Positions 1 through 14,628 are shown, numbered from the stretch's first letter. The stretch: 64,000 bases of DNA from Paraspadella gotoi (GCA_051294375.1 CM119269.1:16763030-16827029), one strand, 5' to 3'. The notes: generated from the letters alone by a model not told the origin. Numbers and translations: made by a program.

Positions 1-285
1 ATCTCCTTTACCGTTTTTTTAAATTTCAGATTTTTTTTTAAATTTCTTTTTCCTTAATTTTTTTCTTTTTTTTTTCCGAAATCTTTTTGTTTACTCGATT
101 GCGAAAAAATATACTTCCGATAAATATTAAAGTTTAAATTTTTACATTTCTACGGCGACTGTACATAATGAGCTTTTAACTTAACCAAGGTGATTTCTAC
201 CCCTCTCTTCAACTGTGGTTCATTGCCCACTGAGTTTAAGTGGGTCATGCCTGGTCCCGGTTCTGGAGCGACTATTCCAACTTAC

Positions 286-388
286 GGTACTGGAGCAGCG
301 CCGCCGGCGGCGCGGGTCCGCAACAGGAGTCGACGGAAGATTCCGGCTTCAATGGAGCCACGTGATTCTTGGAGAGGGAGACGGTGGA
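286..388 (-). CDS. Probable internal exon of a minus-strand gene running off the left edge (STVSLSKNHVAPLKPESSVDSCCGPAPPAALLQY in one frame)
   Basis: On the minus strand a polypyrimidine tract plus CAG acceptor (389-391) and a GTAAGT donor (280-285) flank a GC-rich 103-nt block. Frame and product are uncertain. Confidence 0.45.
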
Positions 389-1808
389 CTGAGGAGGTGG
401 AGGAAGAGGAATAGGAGGAGGAGGAGGAGGAGGATGAGAAGAAGAAGAAGAAGAAGAAGAAGAAAAAGGTGAAAATATAAAAAACATAAAATAACATAAC
501 GATCGCTGAACACGATTCCAAGAAACAACAGATTCATGACGACGATCATTTTTAAAAAAGAAAATCGCTGAAAACCCACGAGTTTCGGTTTAAATATTTC
601 CTTTAAAAAACGAGGAAACTGAAAGGAGGACGAGACAAACAACGGCACCAACAAATAAAGAGACGACGACGACGCTCCAGACGACGACAACGACGACGAC
701 AACGACGACGACAACGACGCCGGTAGAGTCATCAGTCATCCGCGAAAATTCATCGCGTTTTACGAGCGGCGCGGAAAAAAAACTCATTCGCTCGACGACG
801 TCGCGACAGATGGCGTCGTCGGCGTCGCGAGATCGACGTTGAGGACGCGCCCACCCACCGCGCCCACCCTCGCGACTATCAGCAACCACACTATCTAGAT
901 TCCGGTGGCGGGAACAATGTCCCCCGGCTCACAACCACCGTCTGTCATTTTCCCTTTGCGTCATCACTTCTGGCGTCGCGTCATCGGCGTTTATACAACT
1001 ATAAAGACTGGACACTGGACAGTTGACAATGCTCATTATATATTTGAATTGAGTTCCTACTTTGTAAACTCTTTTATTGTAAAGTAGAATCATTTCCAAG
1101 TGACAAGAGTCCTGCAGGTCGTGTCTCCCTTCCCTCTCTTTTTTTCATCTCCATCTCTCTACTTCAAACTCGGGGGGTCGTCTCTCCCCTCTCCTCTCTC
1201 TTTCTTTTCTCATCTCTCTCTTTTTTTTCTCTCTCTCTCTCTCTCTCTCGCTCTCTCTCTCTCTTCTTTCTCTCTCAGAAAACTTATCATCAGGTCTTCC
1301 CTTTTGTTTTCCCCACGATTTATCGTCATAACTCGGGATCGATGACGACTCGACGCCGGGACGTTGGCCGCCCCACTTCCGTCACGTGATCGCCACCACT
1401 CACATGGTCCCATCACCGAATTTTCCATAAAAAGACTTCTTTGTCTCTTGCTTTTAATTTTCTTTTATCTCAGAAGAAACATTGTCATGTTGCGCCGTCG
1501 TTTCATTGACCTCTTTGTCTTCACCAGCGAGAGCCAAGAATACGAATATTGGCCCATATCTTCTCACCACCTCTTATTACCATTGCTTCCCAAATTGGCA
1601 GCTGTCATCCTCTGCCAACCCTCAACTACCCTCTCGATGACGTAATTGATGTGATTCTCACTGTTTCATCGAGTCCGAACCGACTCTCCTGTTTTATCAC
1701 GAGCGAAAACGTCGAACCCCGAACCACTCGATCACAATTTCAACCCAAACCATCACTCCACCCTCTGAACCCCGATCGTGTCCCACCTTGAGACCCCTAT
1801 CCACCCAC

Positions 1809-2051
1809 CTCGAAAGCCGGAGTCACCTGCGAGGGTTGTTTGTTGATGGGGAGGATTTGCGCGGCGTTGGATGACCTGGAGTTTCCGCCGGTTGAGGCCA
1901 TTCCATCTGCAGGCGGCACCTGCAGGACATTCCAGCGCCAGACGGCGACTATCCCGGCCTTCGACGGTGTCTATCTCCAAGGGCGCCCACCAGCTTCTAT
2001 CTTCCCGCTCGCCGGCCGAGGTCTTAACTTTTAACCGGCGCCAATCGGCGT
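1809..2051 (-). CDS. Possible coding exon of unknown product (DADWRRLKVKTSAGEREDRSWWAPLEIDTVEG...GFR)
   Basis: GC-rich island, open on the minus strand and ending at a G|GTGGGT donor. The plus strand is also open (1840-2034), so strand is ambiguous. Confidence 0.25.
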
Positions 2052-2795
2052 CTGTTCTCGAGCGGAACGACGTCTATCCTTGAACCGCCGTTGGTCGATT
2101 TGTTCCAGCGGGTTTGAGTTTTCGTATTATTTTTTTTATTTATTATTACTTTATTATCGTTCGTTTGTTTTAACGAAGTCATATCCGTCGCTGACGCATT
2201 TCGCTCTCGTTTTAAATCGTAACATTGGTTTATTTTTTTTTTTGGTCGCGAGAGAATCTTCGTTAGATCGTCAGACGTACAAATAGAGATTTTTTTTTTT
2301 GGTATTCTATTTCTAAACTGATATTTAATTTCTCATCTACGTAGTTTGGGTTAAAGTCGTCACGAACGATTGATATGTAATTATGTATGTTTTAAATTGC
2401 GAGCTGAAAGTCAGGAGAGAAGGAAAAAGTTAAGGATCTTTAAAGTGAAATATCACAAAGAAATTGGCAGACACCGGTTGACATTATTTTTTAAAATATT
2501 CAGAATTTCCGGAAGACAGTTTTTATTCGGCATCGGCGAACGATATTAAAAAAAATGAAACGTAAAAAAAATAATTAAGTGAGTTCTCATAAATAAAATA
2601 AAATTAAACAACAAAACGCTATCGTGAACGTATGCAGGAGTTATTTTTTCCCCGCTTTAATTTCTTCTCCGTTATTTAGTTCTTTCCGGATTATTCGCAC
2701 CATCCCTGCTTCCTTTCCTTAATTCTTTTTTTTTTCTCACATTCCCGTTTTTTCTGGTTATTTGCACATTTCTTTTTCCGCAGATACGTGGAGAA

Positions 2796-2862
<67 letters not shown>

Positions 2863-3689
2863 AACTCTCTTTTTGTTTTTATTCAGGGACGTGGTCGAAT
2901 TCTGCTTCGTTTCAGTTACTGACCGCACTCGTCGAGAAGAAAAAGATTAAGGAGCTCGTTCTCTCTTCTTCATCTTCTCTCTCTCGTCCTCCTCCCTCTC
3001 TTTCTTTCATCTCTCTCTCTCTCTCTCTTCTTTTCCTTGTCAACCATGTCTGGAATTCTTAAGCATTGCCTTCTCTGACCCATCAATTGAAAGGATTCCC
3101 CTCTTCCTCTGTTTTGTTTGGAAAAGGAGAAAAGAAGCTTTAGCTCCTTTTTCCTCGTGGGTCTAAGTTCCTTTTAAAAAGCCATACATCGCTCTCCAGG
3201 GAAGCTTCTTCAACCCCGTGGGGAGAGATCGAAAAAAAAAACTTTTTCTACGCATTAAATAAAACTCGAGTAAATGTTTTCGGGAAAGTGAATCCTGACA
3301 CCGTACAGTTTTAAATTTAATCGGTGTAAACACTAAACAGTGTCATTTTGAAAAATTTATTTATAGCAGGTCTTCCGTGTACTTTATTCCTCAGCTTGAT
3401 TGAGAAATTTACGAGGTGGATGAGAACTGTCGGGAAAACTTAAAACTTATCTTCACGTTATTTAAAATTTAGGCTATAAATTTTCTTGAAATATTTACGA
3501 AACTGAATTTAACCATGGATTTGTGAAACGTCTTTATGGGAACTAATTATCACGAAAAAGTCACTTTTAAACATTAAATAAAGACCCCTAATGATCGGAA
3601 AGGTATTCCGAGTAACCAGAGACCGGGAAACGAATTACTCTTCAAAGGTCGAACGCCAACTCTGCGCCCTTTTCGCTCTCTCCTCGCAG

Positions 3690-3757
3690 CTGATCTCAGT
3701 CGGGAGCCCAACCTTCGCCGCTCCGCAGGGAAGTCAGGTTGTGTGTCAACGAGTTGG
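3690..3757 (+). other. Isolated exon-like block (coding status unknown)
   Basis: ctctctcctcgcAG acceptor and GG|GTAAGT donor. Confidence 0.3.
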
Positions 3758-3894
3758 GTAAGTGACTAAGCGTGAAGCAGCGCGACGCTTTAGTTTCAAA
3801 GTGTGATGTTGGGAGATGCGAGAATATCTAGTGTGCAACCGCACAATTCATATTTTCATAGCGTCAATCTATTTAATGTCAAGACACTAGAAAG

Positions 3895-4050
3895 AGAGAC
3901 GCCGCTTGTAGCAGGGTCCGAAGGGTAGGCATCCGCCGAGGGTCAAAACCTGTGACGGAGCGATGCTCAATGACCTCGTGGATTTAGGCATACAGAATTT
4001 GTAGATTGAGCGTTTCGGAGAAGAATGATGCCGTCAGTGTCCACTGTACA
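3895..4050 (+). mobile_element. Possible decayed 3' end of an RTE-like LINE
   Basis: Translation GPKGRHPPRVKTCDGAMLNDLVDLGIQNL* resembles the GRP..W.D....DL..LG C-terminus of RTE ORF2. The match is weak and contains stops. Confidence 0.25.
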
Positions 4051-4298
4051 TTGTACAAGCTTTGTTTCGTCGCGAGGACGCGAAGAAAAAGAAAACAAAC
4101 AAAACGACAAACAAATGAAGGAGGATAGTTTTTCTCAGTCGGTCGGTCGATCGTTCGTTTAACGACGACAACATTAACTTCCCACGGGAAAACCGAATCA
4201 GGGCTGACTTTTTTTATTTTTTTACTTATACTTTTTTACTCTCTTCTTTTAAGTTTTTCTTCTTTCATTCATCCCTTCTTTTTTTTCTTATTTTCGTT

Positions 4299-4600
4299 AC
4301 TTCCTTCCTTCCTTCCTTCTTTTCTTCCTTCCTTCCTTCCTTCCTTCCTTCCTTCTTCCTTCCTTCCTTCCTTCCTTCATTCCTTCCATCTTTCCTTCCA
4401 TCCTTCCTTCCTTCCCTTCCTTCCTTCCTTCCTTCCTTCCTTCTCTTCCTTCCTTCCTTCCTTCCTTCCTTCCTTCTTTCCTTCCTTCCTTCCTTCCTTC
4501 CTTCCTTCCTTCCTTCTTCCTTCCTTCCTTCCTACCTTCCTTCCTTCCTTCCTTCTTGTCCTCATTGCTTCTTCCTTCCTTCTTTCCTTCCATCCTTCTC
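4299..4600. repeat. (TTCC)n microsatellite
   Basis: Direct inspection; it explains ORFs 4297-4734 and 4377-4697. Confidence 0.95.
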
Positions 4601-5307
4601 TCTCTCTCTTCACCCTTAAAAACAATTCCAATGGTCTCTTGAGGTTGGGGGAAGAAGAAAAAACATGGACCATCGATTTCGACCCCCGAATGTACATCTT
4701 TGACCTCGAAGTGACCTTTGGGTCTTCGTCTCACCCCCGCCCTACCCTTTCCACCCCCCTGTCATCTTCCTCATTTCTCAGTCGAGCGAGTCGCTGATAT
4801 CCCGGGAGAATTCCTTCACTTCGACCGCCCGCCCTTTCTCACTCTAGTTTATCCTTGACCACCAACCTGTCACCACGGTGGCAATCGACAATCGACTATC
4901 GACGATCAACAATCAACATGTATCGACGTTGACGCCAGTCGTCACTCCCCCTTTTATTCTTCGCCTCCTATTGCCGCTTTCAACCAGTGTAAACTCTTTG
5001 TCCGTCCTCTAAATTAGAATCTAATTTATTGTTAAAACACCACACTGACGCTACGCCATCTTCCATCTTCTTTTAATCTCTCTCATTAACTGGGCAGTAC
5101 ACACCGCCCAGAGTCTCTCTCTCTCTCTTAGGGAGCGAATCTGCCATCTACCAAATGCCACTCCCCTTGACGCCGCCCCCGTTTGCCACAAACGCCAGTC
5201 CGCCCCCCCTCCCCCCGCCCCTAAATTTAGGGAAAGGCTTCCCTGGTCAAAGCGATAAACAGCTTCAACGCCTTCCTTGGGCCATAATTTCCCGGATTTG
5301 GAAAGAC

Positions 5308-5358
<51 letters not shown>

Positions 5359-6107
5359 CTTCGAGGCAGGAGGGCATCGTGGTATCCAAGCGTGGTCGAT
5401 TAGTGTGGGTTTATAGTTTTTGTGTTTTTTTTTATGTTGCCTTTGTTTTTTGTTTAATTTTTTATTATTGGACTGTTTTTACTTTATTTGTAAGTATCTT
5501 TCGCTTCAAATTACATCCGAGTCATCTCATTGCTTTAAACTACATCCGTGTATTCTCATTACCTCAAGTTACATCCGTTATATTTTATTCACAAAGCTTT
5601 GTTATTCACCTTCAGGCTTCGAGCCTTTACATATATAAATTTCATGAATAATGATAACATGGTTTTTCCCAAGAAAACGAGGTTTTTCCGAATAAAAAAA
5701 GTATAAATTATGTATCCTACATAGTCAATGGCTCAGTATGATATTATATATAGTAAATACATAGATCGAAAACGAATTTTTAAAAGAGAGATCCCGAGCA
5801 ACCCTCTATTCTTCCAAGCTTCCCCCCCCCTAAAAAAAATCATCCTCTTAATTAAATTCTCTCTCGTTTCTTTTCCGCGATCGAGGAAATGGAGGAAAGC
5901 AGACAGAGAGAGAGAGAGAGAGAGAGAAGGGAAGAAATGAAAGGCGAGCGGATTCTCTTCTTCCCGTTTTTCTTTATTCCGATCGTAAAGAAGATGATGG
6001 AATCGCGTTCGTAATTGAATTATTAACGATCGAGTCTTCCAACGGCGTCGGGTGGCGTGTCGATCGGCGGCGGCGTTGGCGGCGGCGTTGGCGGCGGTGA
6101 TGGCGAC

Positions 6108-6193
6108 TGTAGTCGGGCAGTTCATAAGTTCACCCCGCTTATAAGCATGACACCTTCAGTCGTGACCCGGTGGCTCATTGAGTAATGCCATCA
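6108..6193 (+). mobile_element. 3'-truncated copy of the tRNA-bearing LTR seen at 40283-40504
   Basis: TGTAGTCGGGCA..GTTCACCCCGC(T/C)TATAAGCAT..GTGACCCGGTGGCTCATTGAGTAA..GCCATCA is shared with 40283-40368 and starts at the same TG. Confidence 0.8.
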
Positions 6194-6635
6194 TCTATAA
6201 CTTACGTCGCAATATATGCAGAACCATCATTGCTAAAATTACTTTCTTTCTTTTTTTTTTTTGTTGATAGCGACTGGATCTTCGTCAAAGCCCAACTCTG
6301 CGTTATCGGCGACAACGTAAACGGCTTCCAACGTGAGAACAACAACAACGACAACAAAAAGCCAAAAGAAGCAGAATACGACGAGGATGAAGACGTAAAA
6401 ACGTCGCGAGTTTTTTTTTTTTTTTTTTTTTTTTGAAAGAGAAGAAAAACTTTTCTTTTCTTCTTTTGTCGTCGCTTCCTTTTTTGCGAAGAAGCTCAGA
6501 AAGCGCGCATCTTTTCAAACGCAATCATCCGACGAAGACCCAAAAAAGAAACTCGACGGTAGAGAAAGGAAGGAAGCGCGAACGAAGAAAAGGAAAATTG
6601 TTTCGAACGGCGTCATACGATTTATTCGTCGTCAT

Positions 6636-6715
<80 letters not shown>

Positions 6716-7867
6716 GGATGGCAAAAAGGTAGAACAAGTTGGGCGGGGTAAATGGCAATAGGGAAATTGGCGAAGCTTCTTATTCGTTAAATAGACGAAC
6801 AAATTTATTTTTTTTTTATTTATTTTTTTCGGCTTCACAGGCGGAGCTACAGTGGTCGTCGTCATCGTCGTCTTCGTCGTCGTCGTCGCCGTCGTTGGTG
6901 ATCTGTCATACGCATAGTTGACTCATCAATAACATCAGGAGCTTTCAAAACATTAAAGTCGTTCAGATCTCCCAGTGTGTAGAGGTAATGCGGAGAAAGC
7001 AGAGAGGCGTTGAACTACTAACGTATCGCTGCTCATTGTTTACCGAATGGATGACCTCATTGCCACCCTGCATTGACGGTTGAATCTGTTATAAGTAATG
7101 AGCCCAAGCAAGATTCACTCAGATCGCTCTCAAATGAATGTAAACAAATTGATTAATACGATGCATACACATTGCGCATAGCGTAGGCATAGCTTATATA
7201 ATATATTTATGGATTCAAATAAAACTAAATAAACGAAGCAATGACCGATGATGCAAAAGATGTTGTGTTTCTCACTATTTATTTTTCTTTCTTTTTTAGT
7301 GAATTTTTTTTCCTTTTTCTTTTCTTTATTATTCAATATGTTTTTATTTATCCTCTAGTCGAAAGTTTTGGCTAAGAAAAAAAAAAGCCAAGACTTCGGT
7401 TGGACTCTCTGTTGATCCGTTGCGACGTCGCAGGTTAGCGAATTGGCGTTCGATTGAAAAAAGCGAATGGAGAGAGACCGAGAGAAGATCGAGATGGAGA
7501 GAGGAAGAAGAGTGGGAAGCAGGAGGAGGACAGAGAAGTGGACCGGGAGGTAGAGAGACGCACGAGAAGAGTCGGAGAGAGAGAGAGAGAGAGAGAGAGA
7601 GTTCGGACGGAAATGGAGTTAATTTTGTGTTTTCGTGTGTGGCTAGCGTCTCCCATTCTCCTCCGGACGCAACGAATCGCATGCAGGGAATCCACTGTTG
7701 TTTGTCGTCGTCGTCGTCGTCATCGTTATCCTCATCGCCGTCTCGCAATGGCCCCCAAGTGCCAGGGTAAAACAGAAATTTTTTTTTCGGGCGACCAAGA
7801 GCCCAGTCGTCTTGGTCGTCGTCGTCGCCGTCATCGTCCCACACGCAGAGCCAAAGAGTTGCTCTCT

Positions 7868-7987
<120 letters not shown>

Positions 7988-8422
7988 CGTTGTCGTCGCT
8001 TCATCGTCGTTGTCATCGTCGTTTTTCGCGTCGCCTTCTCTCGCGTTCTGAAACCGTTGCATATTTTCTTGCTCGCGCGCGAAAGGAGAAAAACACTAGA
8101 CAATTTTGCCGGAAGAGGAAAAGAAAGTATTTATTTATTTCAAAATCAGTTTTGAAAACTTTAGCTTAAATAAGTTGGTGACAATCGCATCAGCCCGATG
8201 TCGAAACAATTCTGAGAAAAAGAAAAGAGAGAGAAACGAAAATTCCGATTTAACGATTGTATTGCAGACGGCAACGTTTGTGCGAGCACGTTGGCGGCGC
8301 GTACGCTGCAGCGTCGGCGGCGGCTTCGGCTGCGGCGGAATCAGCAGCGACGATTCCAAGACTGCATCAGTCGGCCCTGATGCTCGGGAGGCGTGCCGAC
8401 GATGAGAGGGACGACGCCGATG

Positions 8423-8462
<40 letters not shown>

Positions 8463-9024
8463 AAAAAAGAGGACGACGAGACTTAAAGACGATTCTTTAC
8501 GATCAAAAGGAATTGAAAACGATGAAAGTATGGATGACCTTTTTATTTTAAGTTTCAAAAGCACAGTCGTGATTTTATTTTTTACCTGACAAGGCAAGGG
8601 CATTGCACGGCATTGTGAAAGATTTTGTCGAATAAGATAGAGAAAAGGTCGATGTGCTCACTGGGCAATTTCCAGTGAGCTTCGGCAACAGTGGGCCACA
8701 GTAAACTATGGCAACAGTGGTCAATGGTTACTGCGCCTTCAGTGAGTAAGATGTGAAAATAGTTTAAACTGTCTCAGGGGAATTTAAATAAAGAGCGCTC
8801 TGTTGACGACGCTGGACTTTTTGAAAATCTATTCTCCATTCTCCGTTTTAAAAATGAACGTTTTTAAACAGTTAAATAAACAATTTTTTTCAGTTTGTTT
8901 AAGCAAATACTGATTTATATGGAGAGTAAACAATGAAGATGGAGGAATAAGAAACTAAAAAAGGCAGAAAAAACGAGAGAGAGAGAGAGAGGAGAGAGAA
9001 GATAGAGAGAGAGAGAGAGAGAGA

Positions 9025-9077
<53 letters not shown>

Positions 9078-10930
9078 AGAGGAAAAGAAAATAAATAGAG
9101 AAAGTTCTGAATGAAGAAAAGAAGAAATAAAAGAAAATAAAAAAAATAAAAGAAAGAAAGAAGAAAAAGAAGAAAGAAGAAAAAGGAAAGAAGAAAGAAA
9201 GAAAAAGAAGAAAAGAAAGCAAAGAAAAGAACAGAAAGAAAGGAGAGCAGCGAAGAGAGAGAGAGAAAGAAAGAGAGACGATATTGAGCCAAAGATCTTT
9301 TGGAATCAATTTGAGATTCCTCACATTTGTCTTCATTTCGTTTGGCTTCCGAAGATAATCGTTCGGCGCCAAAACGGAACCGAATCTCCAGATTCTGGCG
9401 CCAAAATGCGAACGTAAACAAAAACGAGAAAAAAAAACAGAAGTCTAATCTCTAGCTTGCGCCAAACGGAAGCCCAAACGAAAACAGGGTCCAAATAGAA
9501 GCCAGGGACTTTACCTCAAGTTTATACTCAGTTTTATACTCACCACTGAGAATACTAGAAGCTAATCAGTTTTTTGAACGATAACCCTGTCAGAACGTTG
9601 TAAACTTAAACATGAGTTTTCATTATTTCAAGAAAATGATGAAAAATACTTATGTTTTTAGGCTAAGAAGAGAGAAAGAGAATAAGATGAAAGTTTGTGC
9701 AAGAAGTGGAAACCAAGATGAAAATTGCTTTTTGTTAAAAACAGATTTTGGCGAAAATTTGTGTTTTGTCGGCGCCAAATCGAATGCCTCACTTTGGCGC
9801 TCGCTGCGCAAAAGTAAACGCCATCTTTGTCTCATTTTTCGTAATCTCTCTCTCTCTCTCTCTCTCCTATCGCTTGTGATCTTGTTTCTCAAGGAGGTAT
9901 ATATTTACTTTTTTAGTACTAACACATCCATAGTACAACCACGTTCTTTCTAGTGCTTCTAAAGCTTCCTTTCCCCGCAAACGTGCGTTCGCTGATATGT
10001 CGTAAATTTTGAATCTCGTATTACGTAATTCGGTTTTTTTTTTTTTTTGTAATTTTCGTCGCTCTTTTAATTTCTTTTCTTTATAACTATATCTTGTTTT
10101 TTTTTTTCAAACTCATTCATTTTCTCTCCATCTCTCTCTTTCCTACATTTTCTCATTCCTCAAAAAAATCAAAACACTCCCACACACAAACTGACAGTGA
10201 CCCTAGCGTCGGCCCTGTGTGGCGGCCCCAGAATAAAGCCGAAACGGAGAAGATAACGACGACGGCGACGACGACGACGAAGCCAACGTTCTTTCCACCC
10301 AAAAACGACTCCTTCGATGACGTCCACGTTCTTTTGTTTTCTGAGATTCTGATTGGTCGAGACCCGAAGCCTAACGCTTTCGAGGGAAACGCACCGATTG
10401 GTCGAAACGAAAACCGATGACGTCGAGGTTTCGGCGATAAATTGAGTTTGGGTTCTGTTGACTGGAAAACGAATTTGAAGGTTCGTTTTTGCAAAGAAAG
10501 GAGGACGGATCATCTAAAACAAAAGACTCGATCCGAACGAGTAATGAATGAATTAATTAATTAAGGAATGAAAGAATGAATAAATAAATTAATGCATGAA
10601 TGAAAGAATAAATAAATAAATACATGCATGAATGAATGAATGAATGAATAAACGAATTAATGAATTAATGATTGTTCATATTAAAAAGAAAGAAAATGAA
10701 ATAATTACATCATCTAACAATTAATCAAATAATTGGAAGTTGAGGCTTTCTCTGTTTATTTATTTCTTGAGTTTTTTTGTTTTTATTTTCTGTCTTCTCT
10801 ATATTTTCTCATTCTTTTATTTTTCTTTCTTCTCTTCTCTCTTCTCTTCTCTTTTCTCATCTCCTCTGCTTTATTTTTTCTCCTTTTTTATCTTTTTTCG
10901 AGGTGTTTTCATTTTTTCTTTCTAAAACGT

Positions 10931-11007
<77 letters not shown>

Positions 11008-11390
11008 AAAAAAAATGATCTTCGTAATATTTTTTCCCTTTTATTTCCTCTTCGCCTCTCATCTTCTTTTTCAATTCTCCTTATTTTTTCTGTAGAATTG
11101 TTTTCCTCTTTTACTCAGTTTCTCATATTTTTATCTAACGCTTCTTTGATTTTGTTTTTAAAAATAATCTATATATAAATATATAAACATCATGCTCCAA
11201 CCTGCAACCTGGACTGTTTCTTTTTTTTTTTATATAATCTTTCCGTTTTAATTTTAATTAATAGTCTCCATGTCTCCCCACTGTTTTCTCTCTTTCTCCT
11301 TAACTATCTCCACCCACCGGCGAAGCTGCAAAGCCTCCCTCTTAAATCCACTTCAGGCCCGCGTCGAAATCGAACGCGATAAACCGCAAA

Positions 11391-11525
<135 letters not shown>

Positions 11526-12512
11526 CCTCGTCTGGGATCGTAAGATCGGCCTCTGATTGGACGAATCCCGGGCGGAGGATTGCCGAAGGACCAATCAAAC
11601 GCCATCGTCTCTCCTCAAATGCTGGCGCGTGCGCGTGAAAAGGAATAGAAAAAAAAGGGCAATCCCCACGATGCCATCGCGACGACGTACGTGACAAAGT
11701 GAGAGAGTGAAAGAGAGAAAGAAAGAGAGAAGGAAAAAAAAAGGAGAGATAGGGAGAGAGAAAAAGAAATAAATAAAGCGCGTCAGAGATTACCGTTGTC
11801 ATAGTAACGACCATTCCGTCCGCGGGATTTTTTCTTTTCTCCTTCTTTGCTTTTTTAATCGACTCTCGTCTAAAAAAAAACCCAAAAAACAAACCACGAA
11901 AAATAAACTTCGTCGAGAAGCGTTTTCACGCCGACTTCATCAATTGCTTCGAACGAGCGCTCGGTTCTCAACTTTCCGTCCACCGACGAATTTTTAGCGC
12001 TCATTCGAGTTATTTCGTTTCTCAACCTCAAAAAAAAAAAGAAATTAAAAAAAGTTTGCGAAGACAACCAAATCTCGAGGTGAGAGAAAAAAATTGAAGA
12101 GTGGGGAAAGAATTCCGAAAAAATTTGGAAAAAATTATTTTCTCTTTTGACAGAAACGAAATTTATTACGGCGAGTATCGTCGTCGTCGTCGTCGGCGTC
12201 GTCTTCATTGTCGTAGACCTTCTTTTTTCTTGTTTTACATGCACTTACGTCGCTATCTCTCTTTCTCTCTTTCTCTTTTTCTCTCTTTCTCTTTTTCTCT
12301 CTTTCTCTCTTTATCTCTTTCTCGCTTTCTCACTCTCTCTCCTATCAATTTTTTAAAAATTTTTATGTGCCATTGCACGTCACACCTAGTGTGAAAAACA
12401 GTTGTATCTTTGAAAATATTTTAATTTTTAACGCAAAAGAAAAAAAAAAATATACGAGAAATAATTCATGAATATTCTTCCCCCAGCCTTCCTCGCTTCC
12501 CCAGCGACTAAA

Positions 12513-13028
12513 ATGCGGAAACGTTTGTCGTCTCCGTCTTTGCAAGGGTGGATGCTGCAAATTGCTTTCCTGCAGCTATTGCTGTTCACGACGTCGGACG
12601 CTCGACACATCAGCTGCCGCACGGCGAAGCAAGATTGCCCTGGAATGAGAATGCTCTGCTACGAAGGCGAGATCAATGCTGAAATTTATTAGCCCTGTTA
12701 TTAATTAAAATAAATAATGACCGAGGGATTTTGATTTTGATTTTTGATTGATTTTGATCGATCGATCGATTGATCGACTCTAGGCAAATGTCGTCACATG
12801 GAACCTTGCAACAAAGACAACGATTGCTACTTCTTCGGAACCGTCGATGCCAAAGCCGGCGACGACCCGGGCTGCTTTCGTGACGAAATCGCCGAACGGA
12901 GGTTGGCAATATATGTATGAATTCATACATAAATAAATCATTATACTAAGCCGGGATGGGAAATTGTGGTCGTGGAGGTGGTCCCTCGGACATCGTCATT
13001 TTGGACATTTGTAATTTACGTTTCTAAG

Positions 13029-13059
<31 letters not shown>

Positions 13060-14129
13060 CTCCTCTCCTCTCTCTCTCTCTCCTTCTTTCTCCTCTCTCT
13101 CTTTTCCAACGAAATTCTCCTCCCTCGTCGCCGCCAGCCCTCCCCCCCCGATCCCCCCTCCCTTTTAGCAAGAGAGGAAAGGAAAGGAATCCACGTCGCC
13201 TCAGGAAATTCCTGATCAGGGGTTAAGGAAGTTAAAGGGGTTAAGGAGGTTCAGACGGTTATAAGGGTTGGAGCCGAAGGTGGAACGCGATTCGGCCTTC
13301 GGTGGTGAAACTACGGTCGTCGAGGGAATCGAAAATTCCACCGCGGGCCGGCATCTTTTTTTTTTTGGAGCTTCTTTGTCTTTGGTTGTCTACCTTTACC
13401 TTCAAGTTTTTCTCTTGTTAGGTTTGTCATCATAAAGATTTACAAGTTTTCTAATTATTTTAAATACTATACCTGTGATCCTCAACTGGATGGACACATT
13501 GGACAGTGATTAGCGATGAAGCCCTCGGACCCTGGGTTGTACCGACTGTCACTGGGGGAGTAACCCTAGTACTGTATCGGTTTACCAATGCAGCGGGAGG
13601 TCATAGGGAATACGGATAGAACGCACGTTTTGGATGGGTGCGTTCCCTTGCTGAGTCAGTGTGGTTATATCGGCACAGCGGCATACTAGCTCGCAAATCT
13701 TTCTCCTTTTTTTCCTTTTAATTTCATTCAACTAGACCCCATTTTGCATTCTTCCTTTAACCAATCCTTTAACCAATTTGGATGGAGTTGCTTGACTTTG
13801 TTCCCTGATCACTTTTATTATTTTCCTTTTTTGTTCACGTTTATTGTTGACATAATATATTTTTGCAACCATTCCCGCAATTATTTGTTTGCTCTATTTT
13901 CTTTTCAAAAAAGAAAAAAAATCTCTCTTCAACCCCTCATTTGCATCCCTTTCCACCCCAAACCCTTTTCGCACCCAAAAAAAGGTTCAAGTCGACCGCC
14001 TACGGGTCCTGCTGGCTCGCCGCCGACGCCCACGCCTCGGGTCTCGAGAAGTTTCGCCCCGAAGACGAGGAAGACTTCGTCCGCGAGAGAGAGGCGCTCA
14101 CCGACAAAGACTTCGATCCCTTTTCTTGA
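12513..14129 (+). CDS. Small secreted cysteine-rich protein, 138 aa, 3 coding exons (12513-12666, 12784-12901, 13985-14129)
   Basis: Hydrophobic signal-like segment (WMLQIAFLQLLLFTTSDA). Phases join 1/1 and 2/2 to give ISCRTAKQDCPGMRMLCYEGKCRHMEPCNKDNDCYFFG...GCFRDEIAERRFKSTAYGSCW...DFDPFS*. Intron 1 needs a GC donor (G|GCGAGA). Confidence 0.75.
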
Positions 14130-14149
14130 GTTCGAGTTGGGGACGGGGG

Positions 14150-14345
14150 AAGAGGGGTTGAGATAATGAGATGAGAGGGGTTGAGATAGTGGGGTAGAGA
14201 GGGTTGAGATAATGGGGGGAAGAGGGGTGAGATAGAGAGAGGTTAGGGTTTGAGATAATGGGATGAGAGGGGTTGAGATAGTGGGGGAGAGATGGGTTGA
14301 GAAGGAAGAGTTAGAGGGGTTTAAAGAGGAAAGAGAGGTTGAGAG
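14150..14345. repeat. Degenerate ~22-24-bp tandem repeat (GAGGGGTTGAGATAATG...)
   Basis: About 7 diverged units directly after the stop codon. Confidence 0.8.
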
Positions 14346-14527
14346 GAAGAAATAGAGGAAGAGACAATAAAGGTTATAGGATAGTTTATTAAAAAAAAAG
14401 CGTTAGGTCCAAGGAAAAAGATTTTAGTGGAGAAGTAAAGAAGCTTTTTGAGGAATTAAGAGAGCTCGGAAACCTTTACAGTTATTTCACATGTGATCGG
14501 ATGAGAGGAAAAAAGGAGGAGAAAGTA

Positions 14528-14628
<101 letters not shown>

